From assembly GCF_009914755.1 (NCBI RefSeq), contig NC_060947.1: a DNA stretch of 64,000 nucleotides, one strand, 5' to 3'. Source of the stretch: the human T2T-CHM13v2.0 reference genome, Homo sapiens. Each line of letters begins with the position of its first letter. Positions within the stretch are counted from its first letter, which is position 1. Under the pieces are notes generated by a model. It ran no database searches. It had not been told where the DNA came from and saw nothing but the letters and a program-made list of their open reading frames with translations. Made by a program: the position numbers and the translations under genes. This document shows positions 41,165 to 55,884 of this stretch, in pieces.

Positions 41165-41645
41165 GTGTATCCGTTATCTATTGCTGTGTAACACATTATT
41201 TACATCTTTGAAGCTTAAAAAACAAATGCTTGCTACATCACTGTTTCTATGGGTCAGAAATCCAAAAGCTACTTAGCTGAGTGGTTACAGCTCAGAGTCT
41301 CTCATGATCTTGCAAGTCAAGCTGCTGGTCAGTGCTTCAATCATCTGAAGGCATCACTGGGGTTAAGGGACTCATTTCCAAGCCCACTTATGTGGCCTCA
41401 GTTCCTCACTGGATACTGGATAGGGGGCAAAGGAAGAGAGTTGATTGTGAGGGGGTGCTGGAGAACAGCAAGAAGGAAGTCACAGTCCTTCTGTACCCAC
41501 TGGAAGTGACATCTCATCACTTCCACCATATTCTCATTGCTGGAAGCAAGTCACTAAGTCTAGCTCATACTGAAAATGAGTTCAGCTTCACTTCTTGAAA
41601 GGAAGCCTATCAGAGAATTTGTGAATATAATTTAAAGTTATCAAA
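41165..41645 (-). mobile_element. Old MaLR LTR (MLT1 family)
   Basis: GTTATCTATTGCTGTGTAACA...CTGTTTCTATGGGTCAGAAATCC...CACTTCCACCATATTCT. Confidence 0.75.
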
Positions 41646-42633
41646 TATGTAACACTGATATTACCTGTCCTCCACCTACTAAGATGGCCCCCATCTAGTA
41701 TATTTGAGAGATGCAGCAGCAACAATGACAAGAATAACAAGAAAAAAGATATATCTATGATTGAATTATTTTCAGGTGGAAGCAGCTTCTTGCACCTTCC
41801 TCGGCTCCACTGCCTGGGACTTCTGGACCACTGCCTTCTTCCTGACAATTAGGTTATCTCTAGAGACATCACAGAGAGGTTACTGTAGGGCAGCACATAG
41901 TTTCTTGTATGGTGTGCCACAGTAATCTCCGCAACATGGCCACACAAGCTATGTTGAATACAGCCTCATTATACTTTAATGTATACTTGATGACCAACAG
42001 AGGACATCTCTTATTGCAATATCACAAACCCAGACATGAACATTCTATGTATCTATTCTTCAAAGCCTCACTGGACTTTTCTCACTCAAAACTTTTCTCT
42101 AAAATTCTTCATCTTTCTGTCATATTTGCTAACCTCTCTCTTTTGGTTATCTCATCCTTTATTTATCCAACTTCAGATATTCTTGTTCACCTCTTATGCA
42201 GAGCAATTTAACTGTTTTTTCCATTCCCTTGTAATTCATGCCTTCAGGATGTCACTTTTGACCCATAAGTGGCATGTGAAAACATTTTCCTAAACATGGT
42301 TCTCTCCCTAATAGTGCCCACTGTTAAGATAATATTTTCTCATACTATCTGTTCATTTATTTATTTATTCTTTCACTTATTGCTACATAATTTATTGAAC
42401 CACATATGATACATTAAGGTACTATGCTATATTTTGGGTATGCAAATTTTATGAAGACACTTCTATGCTTTCCAAACCATCATAGTCTAAAGGGAAAGAT
42501 GAACAAATAAAATGGAAGGTGAATGCAAGGAGCTTTCTTAGAGAGTAAGAGGTAAGATCTACGATAAATCTTGAAAATTTCTTGTACGTTCTTCAAGCAA
42601 AATCTTGAGGACCTTGGAAAAAGATATCTAGGC

Positions 42634-42830
42634 CAGCAGTTCTCAAACTTGATTGTGCAACAGAATCATCTGCTGGTTTTCGTAAAGAACATATACCAGA
42701 ACCCGCCCCCATAATTTCTGATTCAATAGGTTGGGGGTGGAGCCTAATAATTTGCATTTCTTATGAGTTCCTTGGTGGTGCTGATAGTGATGTGGCTGGT
42801 CCATAGATCATAGTTTAAGAACAGCTTCTC
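42634..42830. mobile_element. MER5A
   Basis: CAGCAGTTCTCAAACTT...CAGAATCATCTG...TTTGCATTTCT...TTTAAGAACAGCT, with TCTAGGCC on both flanks. Confidence 0.8.
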
Positions 42831-43015
42831 TAGGCCAAGACAGATGAGCATCATGCACCTAGAATATTGAACACAGTTAAGAGAGGCTGACACTAACCAT
42901 CCAAGGAAAATAGTGATGAGAAGTGAAATTAGAAAACCACGAACAGATCATGACACACATTGAAAGTCATGTTAAGAAGTTGATCTTTATATCATAAGGG
43001 CAGTGGAGACATTGC

Positions 43016-43320
43016 TTTTTTTATTTTCTTTTTTTTTTTCAGACAGTCTCACTCTGGTTGCCCAGGCTAAAATTGCAGTGGTGCAGTCTCTGCTTACTAC
43101 AGTCTAGACCTACTGGGCTCAGGTGATTCTCCCACCTCAGCCTCCTGAGTAGCTGAGATTACAGGCACATGCCACCACATCCAGCTAATGTTTTGTGTTT
43201 TTAGTAGAGAAGAGGTTTCGCCATATTTTCCAGGCTGGTCTTGAACTCCTGGACTCAGGCAATCTGCCCACCTTGGCCTCTCAAAGTTCTGGGATTACAG
43301 GCATAAGCCACCACTCCCTG
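43016..43320 (-). mobile_element. AluJ
   Basis: Poly-T then diverged antisense Alu (CTGGGCTCAGGTGATTCTCCCACCTCAG). Confidence 0.9.
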
Positions 43321-43502
43321 TGAAAACATGGCTTTTAAGCAAGAGCATGTACATTATCATAAAGCTTTAAAAAGACCACATTAGCTGGAATGTCAGGAAT
43401 TGAATAAAGTTGAGGGCAGATACCCAACAAGCAGATTTAGGAAATTCATACATCACATGAAAGATGAATTAATCTAATGGATATTGGGTTAACAATAATT
43501 GC

Positions 43503-44050
<548 letters not shown>

Positions 44051-44061
44051 AATCCATTACC

Positions 44062-44102
44062 TTTAACAGGAAAAAACCACAATTACTTTTGCACCAACCT
44101 AA
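44062..44102. mobile_element. MADE1 (mariner MITE) half
   Basis: AAAAACCACAATTACTTTTGCACCAACCTAA matches the Hsmar1/MADE1 terminal inverted repeat. Confidence 0.8.
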
Positions 44103-44815
44103 TGTAACGCTTAAGGTTCTTGCCTAGCCACGCCAAAGAATTGGTGTGGTGGCGGACCGCGGCGAGTGATGGAGACAAGGACCGAGAGAGAGAAAAAGCT
44201 GTAGGCTTTATTGAGCAGAGTGACACAACAAAGCTTCCACAGTGTGGAAGGGGTCCCGAACGGGTAGCCAGAGTTAGATTATACGATTGCCTTTTAAACT
44301 CTTTAAGGCAGGAAATACGTGCAGTGGGAAGATGTTACCAGAGCGAGAAACACAGACAATTAACCACTTGTGACATGTTTTAGATCTTGAGGAAAACCGG
44401 AATTGCAACTTAGGTTTCATCTATTTTATGACCTTTCAGTGGCATGGCAAAAAAGACAAGATCTCACAGGACTTTACAAAGTATGTTTACAAGGAATTGG
44501 AATTGGGAGCATAGATAAGGTCTGCTGGTCACAGAAAAACGGGCAGTTAATATTCCTTTTACTTTAGTCTCGGAGGAGGGGGAAGGGAGAGAGGGAGAAA
44601 GGACACAGGGAAACTTAGAGCAAAATTTTCAGTGTTTATAGCTTTCTTGGGGAAGAAAACACATGCACAAATCCTGGTGTTAGGAATATTTTAAGCATAT
44701 ATCTTCAATATTATCCATCCAGGACCGAAGGAAGCCCTGATGCAGGAAATGAGTGAGTTTCACAGCTTTCTGAGCCCCTACTTGACCCAGGAAGTCCAGC
44801 TGGCCCCTCCTCTCA
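44103..44815 (-). mobile_element. ERV1 solo LTR (PABL-like)
   Basis: TG...CA ends and 4-bp TSD CTAA; reverse complement starts TGAGAGGAGGGGCCAGCTGGACTTCCTGGGTC; family name from memory. Confidence 0.8.
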
Positions 44816-45259
44816 CTAATAGTATAGACACTCTAGTTCTGAGTCCATTCTTTTAACCCCATTATTTGAGGCACAGGGAGGAGCTAATGGTCATGGACAG
44901 GTTTACATTTTGTGCAACTAGGTGATTATAAACAGATATCAGGGTTGAACTCTCTTCCAGGTTGTGTGGTGACCTGGCCTATGGAGCTGAGTGCACCTCT
45001 TGTGTCCTGGCTCTCTCTCATTTACTATAACAGTGTCTAAGAGTGAAAGCCCAACCAAAGAGGAATTTTTTACCCCATTCTACTTTCACTTTCTGGGATT
45101 ATAACCCCATTAACCACTCAATGTGACCAAAAGGTCAGGGGCAAGGGCCTTTGAATGGCTAAATGAAGAAAGTTCATTGCAATATTTATAGCATACAACT
45201 GTGTCACAGACATTTACAGAGATATTCTTCTTTGAGACAGTCTCCTCCATGATCTAGCT

Positions 45260-45870
45260 CTTTCCTACCACACTGATCTGAGCTCCAAGCGCTCTGCTTG
45301 GTTACTCAGTGACAGTCACACTGGCTTCCATGCTGCTCCTCAAATGCACTAAGCATGCTCCTCCTAGAAGCATTTGCATTTCCTCTTCTCTGCCAGAAAT
45401 CCACGGCTCATTTGCTCATGCATTTCCTATTGCTGTGAAAATATCTCATTAGAAAGGGTTTCTCAACTCTTACCCATCAATCTCACAACCATCACCCTGT
45501 TCTGTTATCTTCATAATACTTACGACTATATGTTACCTTGTATACTTGTTTACCAAGTATCTATTTTTTGGTGTCTTTTTATTGTATGTCTCCCCTTGAG
45601 GGAAATATCCTAAAGAAAAGAAAAAAAAAACTTAGTCTGTCTTGTTCACTCTTAGATTCTCAGTTTCTAAAACAGTATCTGGCACATAATGATTATTCAA
45701 TAAATATTTATTGAATAAATAAATGCATAGTTGAATTTTATATGATGTCAAACTTGATTACAAGCTCCATTAAGAGAGGAACTTTGTCTTGTTCACTGCT
45801 GTATCTATATTTACATAGAACAGCGTGCGGAACATAGCAAGCACTCAATAAATATCTGATGAATTAATGT
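45260..45870 (+). mobile_element. L2 3' fragments (two ends)
   Basis: GTCTTGTTCACT...ATCTGGCACATA...TCAATAAATATTTATTGAATAAAT, with a second similar end. Confidence 0.7.
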
Positions 45871-46275
45871 CTCTACCTTTTTATTTAATTGTGTGATAAG
45901 GAAAAGGTAGGGACTCAGTCCCAGGGCGACAATTCAGCCCAGTGATCAAAAGAGTCTGATGAAATTCAAAACCATTTAAAACTACTTCCCATTCCTCTCA
46001 AAATAAAGATCATCTTTAAATACATTAACATAAGAACAATGCCTGGGTCTATATAGGTTGTTCTGTTGGAATGTCAGCCCCTTGAGATCAGGAAATGCAT
46101 TTTAGCTCACAATTGTATCCCCTGTGCTCAAGGAATATTTGTCAACTGAATGAAGGAAAGGAGGATACTTTTATTTGCTGTCAATCTCTCTCACTGGGGA
46201 TATATAGAATAGTATTTTGGATACATGGAGAACATATTTTTACTACTACCCAGCTTTCCATCTTTGGAAAATTCT

Positions 46276-46562
<287 letters not shown>

Positions 46563-47234
46563 TTAACATTGGTTAATTATATTCAGTTATTTTCTACTTT
46601 TCTTTTTTGGAAAAGATATTATAGATACAGTTAAAGCCCCAGTGTGGCCCTGCCTGAATTCATCTCCCTCCATGCCCTTCCAGAAGTAATCATTTTTCTG
46701 AATAAGTATAAATCATTCCTACACACATCTATATATTACTACTTCCTGTGTATGTGTCAATAATCAATATTCAACACTGTTTGCATATTTTCAAGCTTTA
46801 CATACATTACATATTTTGATAAATTATATTCACCTATACACTTTATTCAGTAGCTTGCTTTCTTGCATGGCATTATAATTTTGAAATTTCTCGATGTTGA
46901 TATATGTAGATTTAATTTGTTCATTTCAATGGAAAAATATAATTGCATTGTATAAACACACAATAGAATTTATAGATATTAATATAAAATTAACTTTTTT
47001 CTCTTGATAGATACATTGCTTCCCACATAAACAATCTAAATACAATTATAAACGATGTTATAAATGATGCTTCATTGAATATCTTTTTCATTTTTTTGTG
47101 TTCCTGTTTATGAATTTATGTAGGTTACACAACAATGTGAATATACTGAACACTACCGAACTATAAACTTGAAATAAGATGGTAAATTTTGTGTTACGTA
47201 TATTTTACAACAATTGAAAATATTTTCTCTAGAG

Positions 47235-50200
47235 CAGCAGTTCTAAAATGTTTTGGTCTCAGGACCAGTTTACACTCTTAAAAATTATTGTGGACCTCAA
47301 AGAGCCTTTCTTTTGTTTATGTGGGTTATATGTATCAGTATTTAGTTTTAAGAATTAAAACTAAAAAATGTTAATATATTTATGTTTTAACTAATTTAAA
47401 TATAATAATAAACCAATTACATATTAAAATAAATGACACTTAGGAAAAATAATTATAATTATAAAATAAGACATGTAGTGAGAAATGTGACATCATTTTA
47501 TATTTTGGAAAATATCTTTGATTTCTGACCAAAAAAAAAAAAAAAATGCCATCTGAATTTTCCTAATCCAATCTGGAGTGAAACATCTTCTTTGCAGTAT
47601 ATCAGTAAAATCCAGCCCCAGGCAGAAATGAGGTAAGAAAAGACAGCAGTGTCTTAATAACCTTTTTGGGTAATTATGGATATTCTTTGATATTACACCA
47701 AAACTCAATAGGTGGTAGTTTCTTAAAGGTTATTTGCAATGTAGAATCTGAAACCAAATCAATGAAAAGTTGTATACTTATTTACGTTAAACTCCATTTG
47801 TTTTTCTTGTGCTTTGGATTTTTACTGATGACTAATTTGTAACATCTTGAATTGGTGATTTAGAAAACGGTGGTTCCCTAAAGTATGTAGACCTTCCAAA
47901 CGCAGATCTTTTCATTTATACAATATAAAAAGTTATATTTATGGATTTCATTGCCAAACTCATCAGAAAAGTCTTTAAGTATTAGGAAACGGTCAAGATT
48001 GCATGGTAGATAAAAATTTTTGAAAAATTCCCATTTTTGCTTGAATTTTCAAGTAAGATCATTGGCAACAAACACTCTCATTTGTTTTCCTTGAAGTGGT
48101 ACACTCCCTTCATTTCTCAGAAAATGTCTGCCAAAAGCTTGTCTAAATAACAATAGTTTGACAAAGCTATAGTAGCCAAAACACCATGAAATTCGTATTG
48201 AAACAGAAAACATAGACCAATTGAATAAAACAGAGAACCCAGAAATAAATCCATGTATTTGAAGCCAACTAACTTTTGGAGGAGGCTTCAAGATTATATA
48301 TTAGAAAAGGAACAACTTACTCAACCAACGATGATGGGAAAACTGGATACTCATATGCAGAAGAATGAACACAAATCAACTCAAAATACATAAAATACTT
48401 TAATGTAAGACCTGAAACTGTAAAACTACTAGAAGAAAACATAGAGGGAAAGCTCCACGACATTATTGTAGGCAAAGATGCTATAGGAAAGACTTCAAAA
48501 GCTTGGGCAACACAAACAAAAATAGACAAATGAGGCTACATTAAGCTTAAAAGCTTCTGCACAGCAAAAGAAACAATCAACAGAGTAAAGAGACAATCTG
48601 AAGAATGAGGGACTATATTTACAAACTATATATCCAGCAAGGAACTGATATCCAGAGTATACAAGGAACTCAACTCAAAAGCAAAACAAACAAACAAACA
48701 AAAAACAAAACACAACATTACGGAACAAAATAAAACAAAATTCTCATTACAAAATAGGCAAAGAATCTGAATAGATATTTTTCAAAAAAATACAAGTGGC
48801 CAAAGGTATATGAAAAAATGTACAGCAGCACTAATCATTAGTGAACGTAAATTAATACCACAATGAGATATCATCTCGTCCCAGTTAAAATTACTATCAT
48901 CAAAAAGACAAAAAAACCACAAAGGCTGGTGAATATGTGGAAAAAAGATAACCCTCGTATACTGTTGGTGGGAATGTAAATTATTAAGTCATTATTGAAA
49001 ACAGTATGGACGTTTCTCAAAAAACTAAAAATAAAACTACCACATGATCCAGCAATTCCACTATTGGGTATACATTTTTAAAAAATCCATATATCAAAGG
49101 GATACCCACACCCCCATGTGTATTGAAGCACTATTTACAATAGCCAAGATATGCAATATCCATCAGCAGGTTAATGCATAAAGAAAATCCAGTATGTATA
49201 CATAATGAAATACTATTTGGGCATAAAAATGAATGAAATCCTGTTATTTGCAACCACATGGGTTAAGCCTGGAGGACATTGTGCTAAATGAAATGAGACA
49301 GACACAGAAAGACAAATAGCACATGTTTTCACTCACATGTCGGAGTTGAAAAACAGCTCTGAGCTCATAAAAATAGATAATAAAATAGTAGTTATTAGGG
49401 ACTGGGAGGGTAATGAGGAGGAGGAATAAAAGAGAGGTTGGTTAAGGGATACAAAATTGCAGCTAGATAGGAGGAATAATTTCTAGTGCTCTATAGCACT
49501 GTAGTGTCAATATGGTTAACAGTAATTTATTGTGTATTTTCAAAAAGCTAGAAAAGAGGATTTTAAATGTCCCATCACAAAGAAATTACAAATGTTTGAA
49601 GTGATGAAAATGTTAATTACCCTGATTTGATCATTACACATTGTATACATGTATCAAAGTGCCACTCAGTATCCCAAAAATATATCCAAGTATTATATGT
49701 CAACTAAAAATAGAAGGAAAAACTAGTAAGTAGAAAACAATGGTTTGTCATTTATCTTTTCAATTAAAATGGCAGTCCATGAATAAAGGCAGCTAGTTCA
49801 ATTTGGAACTCAATCACAGAAGTGCATTTCCTTAAGACATTATCTACTTTGGTATAAAGTAGAAGTACTTTGTGTGTACCTCCCATTTTGTCACCAATAA
49901 TATTTTTTAAAGATACATTCTCAAGGTTTAAGATTTAGTGCAGTTACTAATTTTTTTGTTTCGTTAAAGATATTGTTAAATAAAACTTGCTTTTTTCTTC
50001 TTGTCTTTTATTTTCCACTGTGAATATGTGATCATGAAAAATAAGATGTTTACTAGTATGTTTTGTTACTCCATCTTGATTCATGTTAATGTGCTATCAG
50101 TTTTAGTCATTGATTTTACTCCATTAGTACACAAGTCAATATGGTGAAAAAGGCAAATAATATCTTAGTAATAATATAAATCTAACTTGTCCTTTCCTGA

Positions 50201-50260
50201 CCATCTACAAGCATCTCAAGGACCTCCCCAAGGGTCCCCAGCTCACTCTGAGAACCACTG
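47235..50260. mobile_element. Charlie1-like hAT DNA transposon, interrupted by an L1MA
   Basis: Termini CAGCAGTTCTAAAA...GGTCTCAGGACC and CTCTGAGAACCACTG; hAT-like target CTCTAGAG on the left. Confidence 0.72.
48160..49725 (+). mobile_element. L1MA 3' fragment (about L1MA4-6)
   Basis: ORF2 end plus 3' UTR GGATACAAAATTGCAGCTAGATAGGAGGAATAA...CCTGATTTGATCATTACACATTG. Confidence 0.88.
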
Positions 50261-50269
50261 TTCCAGGTG

Positions 50270-51430
50270 TATGCCTTAGAGTGAAACTAATGGATCAAAC
50301 AACATGCACATATTCAACTTAATTAGAAACTATGAAATTGCTCCCTGTTTATGTCAATTTAAGTTTACATTGGCAGTGTATGAAGTACCCCATTTCTAGC
50401 CCCTGGTATTGTCTTACCTTTTATTTTTTAGCCAAATTCCTTTCCTAAGAATAGTTTCGTTCCTGTTGCATCTTGTAACCTACTGAGTACAGAAAATGTA
50501 TGTGCTTTTCAAATACACATATTCAAAGGTAGCATACTATACACACTGTTCTAAATCTTGCTTGATTTCATTAATAACATTTCATAGATATATTTCCTTA
50601 TCAAAAAATATAGATCTGCTTTATTATTTAACAGCTGCAGAGTTTCCCATTTTATGGGTATACTATCCATAAACTAACCATTATTTTTATTCGTAGCTAT
50701 TTACCAATTCTATATATTAATCTTTTTTAAGCTATTCATTTTTTCAAATAAAATTTCCCCAAGATTCCACTTTTCATTCCACTTCATTTATGGTAATGTT
50801 ACCAAATATTTTTTATTACAACCTAAGCCAGTGATAGAATTATTTTCTTCATACTGTCATTGTTTCATCATTTGTAATGCATACTTTCCCATCTTGTAGT
50901 CATTGAGCCAGTTTTCTATATAGTATTCTAAAAGTGTTGCAATTTTGATTTTCACATCCAGTTCTTTTATCCACCTGGATTTAGTTTTGATCTGCTGTGA
51001 TGCACAATCTAATTTTATTTTTTTACACGAATAACCAATTTTCCGGTATCATTTATACTTTCCCCCTCATATTTGAATTGCCATCTATTTCATATTTTCA
51101 GTTTTCACACATAGATATACCAGTTTCTAGGATGTCTGTTCTACTTGTCCGTTTGTAATCATTTCAACAAGACCACTCTGTCTTAATTGCCATTTTTGGA
51201 TAAATGTTGATATATAATAGGACAAGTCCCCATACTTTGTTCTTCAAAATAGTATTATTGGTCTTTGCAGATAAATGGCAGAAAATGACATTGTGGATAT
51301 TGATTTGTAATTTTCCTTTGTTTAAACGTATCAGTTTCATAGTCTTTACATATTGTTTCTTTAAATTGATTTAATTTGTAATAAATATATATTCGTAATA
51401 CTGATTATTTTGTTTGCCTAAGTTCTTAGC
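50270..51430 (-). mobile_element. Old L1M/L1ME fragments
   Basis: T-rich antisense L1 3'-region motifs (GGCAGTGTATGAAGTACCCATTT; TCTTTTATCCACCTGGATTTAGTTTT). Confidence 0.6.
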
Positions 51431-52974
51431 ATGAAATTTCTCATTATGTTTTAGAATTCTCATGTACAGGCTTATCTTTAAAGGGAGAATTTTTTCTTTC
51501 TCATTTTCTTCCTCTCTCTCTTTCTGTCTCACACACACACACACACACACAAACAGAAAATTTATCTTGAATAAACTCCCGTTGCTTGTTTGTATAATTT
51601 TATCCACCAAACCCCTTAAGTGCCATGCAGACTCTAGTTTTTCTTATGATGCCATTTATTAATCATAAACAAGAGAAAATCACAGGGCCATCAAATGGAT
51701 AACAAAGATTTCTGGTCATAGATCCTATCTTTATATTTTCAATTTCCTAGTTCTTGAGTTCTTTAAAATTTCATGGTCCCAAACATTTTCCCAGCTAAAG
51801 AAGATGGGAAGTGATAATTCAGGGTCTGATTTCTAGCAATGAACTTTGCTTTGGTAACCTGTCTTTACAGAGGATGCTAAGTTCCTAATACTACACAGGA
51901 GCACAAGTCCTCGTTCCATTTGTCCGCTTACAAACAGAAAGCCTAGCGCAGCTGCACCTTCAGCCCACTTTAACACTGTGTTTCTCTGTTGTCCTTTTGG
52001 TTCAGAGAGAAATTATATTGCTTTTGAATTTGCTATGTTTTTGTTTGTCTTTCCTTCTGATAGTTTATCAGTCATTTCCATATGCTTGGGACACAAGTGG
52101 TTAGTTAAACTGGACACTTGTTGTGCCATCTTTATTAGACTTGTTATTCTGTTGTAATGGTTTCAAGTACTAATTTTATATTGTCTTTTGCTAGTTTCGT
52201 TTCTTTGTTTTTCTTTGAAATGCGAAAATGTTCATGCTCTTAAAGAATATTAGGGAGAAGTTAAGTAGGTGGGCTTTTCAGTTTCCCTAACTCATTTGGT
52301 TTATGTGTTATGAATGTGCTGATTTTTAAATTTAAATTTTCTGATCTTTCTATTCAATGATTGACTCAAACAGCACAATCAAGTAAATAGTTTGTTCTTA
52401 ATCCATTTTGTGAAAGACCATCCTGAGTTCTCTCTCCTTCTCTCTCTCTCTGTCTCATTTCTATACTAAATAAATCCAGAAAATCCTGGGCTGTCATCAT
52501 CTTCATTGGGAGATACGCTGTCATATTAGATTGCTGATCTGGTTCATTTCAGAGTCACCCACCATAAATAACCATCTTGGATTTCAGAGATATGTATGGG
52601 TAATTCACAATGAAAGCTAACACTTTCAGGTAGAACACAGCATGTGTTTCCAGTCCCAAGGCTACAGTAGTTCTAAAGGACTTCTCTGTGTGACCAGATG
52701 GTGCTAGGGACAACACGTGACCCTGATAGTGTTCACATTGAGGTTCTAAGTTCAGTTAAAGACTTGCAAACAATAAGACACTTCAGAAAAGCTTACTACT
52801 TTCAATGTTAATACTGGGTATTTTCACCTCAAATTATTTCAAAAATAAGAAACTGAAATCTTTAAGAATACAATGGGAAGGTAACATCTTGGTATCATGA
52901 TTTTCACAGTTTTTCCAGTCCACATTGAAAAAATATCTTTCTTTGCTCTTATTGGAGTTATAAATTAAGCTTAC

Positions 52975-53132
52975 TTGTATCGTTAATCGTAGCAAGTTGG
53001 AACCCTTCAAGATTTCTTTTTTATAAAAGAGAAATAATTTCCAATCAGCCACACAGGCTGCATTGTTGCCCACACAATCACCAATAATTGACATAACATT
53101 AAATAGTTTCCATGGCTTCATTAGAATTTATT
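52975..53132 (-). other. Candidate upstream exon (signal-peptide-like or EGF-like)
   Basis: Donor CAA|gtaagc; frames read MLCQLLVIVWATMQPVWLIG or GDCVGNNAACVADW..EGFQ. Confidence 0.3.
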
Positions 53133-53901
53133 CTAAATATATTAGCTTCTGAATGCAGGATTGAAAAATTAAAGTAGGTGTGAAATTGTTTGAGTTAAAA
53201 AAAGACCCTGAAACACATTTTTGCCATCATTTAAATGTGAACGTGCACGCACACACTACACATACATTTTGAAAAGCCTAGTAGTTCATGTTCAGAGTTT
53301 TTAAATATTTGGATTATGCAGTCTGGGTGAGGTAGGAGATAAATTTTAAGAAGAGAGATGGTGGTGATGATAATGATATAATAAATTGATGGGAAAATAA
53401 GTCTCATTCTTAGAAGCATAGGATTTTTGTCTACTAGAGAAATATGTAACATGCTTAACTCATCTAGTATAGAACAATACTTGTTTCTTTCTGATTATAA
53501 AAATAATACATGCTTATTATTGAAAGTTAAAAGTTGAGTTTTTTTAAAGTAAAATCACCAGTAATCTTACTACCCAGATAGCTGCTTAACAATTTCTTTT
53601 CTTTTATTCCAGTCTTTGTCCAGTGTTTGTGCGTATGTGAATGGCAAAATAAGAATCATAGTTAATATGCTTTATATATTACACTGTACTTTTTATTTTT
53701 CACTTGATTAATTTTTGGCCACTATAATTTTTCTCATTAATGTTACTGTGAAATATTATTTTTAAATTCTTCATAATAACCTACCCAAATCCTATGAAAA
53801 ATCTTCAAGATTTTCGTCATTTATTTTGGGACATTTTGTGACATTAAGGCTCATTTCTTTCTGGGCCGTTGTAAATAAAGCCAAGCTTAACATCTCTGTG
53901 C

Positions 53902-53991
53902 ATAACCTTTTGCTAATTGTCACAACATCATTTCATTACTCTTTCTATAACCTTTTACTAATTGTCACAAGATCATTTAATTATTCTTTCT
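53902..53991. repeat. 45-bp tandem duplication
   Basis: ATAACCTTTT(G/A)CTAATTGTCACAA(C/G)ATCATTT(C/A)ATTA(C/T)TCTTTCT twice. Confidence 0.88.
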
Positions 53992-54452
53992 CTACCCACT
54001 GACATATGATAGAATCTTTAGCTCCATTTTAATGCACTCAAATATTTACATCTTTAAAAAAATTATCCTGTGATTTTACTTCTCTCTTCGGCTACTGCTC
54101 TGTTGACCTTCAAAGCCATTTAAAAAAATTAATTGTCCATATTAACTCTCTCCAATCCCTTACTTCCCACATACTACTAAGGTGTTTCAACCAGATTTTG
54201 CTCTCACTGCTGTACTGAAACTTCTCCAACTAAGTTTACTTCCTCCAGCTAAGGAAACCAGTATCACCAATGTAATGTAAACCTTCAAAAATTGTATTTC
54301 TTAATGTCACAGTAATGTCCAATGTAATTGACACCTACCTCCTTGAAATACTCTTTGCCCTGAGTTTGTATGACATCACAGTCCCCTAGTTTCTTCCCTT
54401 TGCCTTTTCTTTCACATTTCCTTTGCTAACTTATCCAATCTACCTAACCCTC

Positions 54453-54845
54453 TAATATAGTTTGGACGTTTGTCCCCTCCAAATCCCATCTTGAAATGTC
54501 TGAGGTGGGGACTAATGGGAGGAATTTGGGTCATGCCATGGGGGAAGATCCCTGGCAAATGGCTTGGCGCCCTCCTGAAGTAATGAGTGAATGTGAGATA
54601 TACTTGTTAAAAAGAGTCTGAGACCTCCCCCATCTCTCTCTTGCTCCTTTTTTCATCATGTGACATGCCTACTCTCCCTTTGCCTTTCTTCACGGTTATA
54701 AGTTTCCTGAGGCTTCACCAGAAGTAGATGCTGGTGTCACGCTCCTACAGCCTGCAGAATCTTGAGCCAAAAAAAACTTTTTTCTTTATAAATTGCCCAG
54801 TCTCCAGTAATAGTCTTTATGGCCAAGGCAAAACAGACTAACACA
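54453..54845 (+). mobile_element. MaLR LTR (MSTB-like)
   Basis: TATAGTTTGGACGTTTGTCCCCTCCAAATC...AAACAGACTAACACA; CCCT on both flanks. Confidence 0.85.
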
Positions 54846-55884
54846 CCCTTGAATCTTGGAATTATTCAAAGCTCTTGTTCTAAGTTACCTTCACTTCTCC
54901 ATCTAGACATTCAAACATCTTCACTTTGCAAATATGTGCTTATTGCTCAAGACAATTTTAAATCTTGTCTCATTTGACCTGACTCTACTGGCTTTTTCTG
55001 ACTCTACCAGATCTTTCAGATTAGCTAACATATTGTATTTTTGCCTAATGAGATCATAATATTTACCACTCATCTCTAGTTTAGCACTCATTACATTGTG
55101 TTTTAATTATATTTTATATTTGTTTTCTCCACTATTGATTTTCTGACTGACAGAAACCATATTTTGCTCGTGTTTTTATCTTCCATAGTGCTTCCAACAG
55201 TCCAGGCCCTTAGTAAGTGCTCATTTAATGCTTATTGAATGAATGAGTAAATTATAGCTGCTCTCATAAAGCAAATCTGATTGCATGGAGGAGGAATCCC
55301 ATCAAAATAGCATAGCTAAATATTAGAAGTATGGTAAGGATACATGAGAATTTACAGAATTTAGTGATAGGAAATGTAACATGACCTCATGAGAATTTAG
55401 AATCAAGACAATTTTTCTGTGTGTGTGTATGTGTGTGTTTATGTCTGTTTGCTGCTCCATTCTCCTGCTTCTCTCTCAGAAAAGCCTTTTCTCCTTAACT
55501 CTCAGCAAACACACATGACTAATCAGAGATACCCCAGAATTGGAGCCTCAGCCCATGACTCTACATGACTCTTGAACTAAATTTCCTACTAATGACTGAC
55601 CCAGTCACTGGACCCCAATTAAAGTTTCTAGTGAGGAGTATTTGAGTGGTCTGATGAGAATATAATGGTCAGGTGTCCATCTGTATTCCATTCGTTTGTG
55701 ATGAGGGATTGATATCATTATATGGTGCATGTGTAAACTTGCCCTTATTATAGGCTATGGACTGGGAATATTTTTAAAAGTGATGATATAGGTTGTATGA
55801 TCACACTGGGAATCTCTAAGAAACAATACTATGATTACCTCTTAAAGTTTTTAATACCATTAGAATTTTCGCTAATTCAGAACT

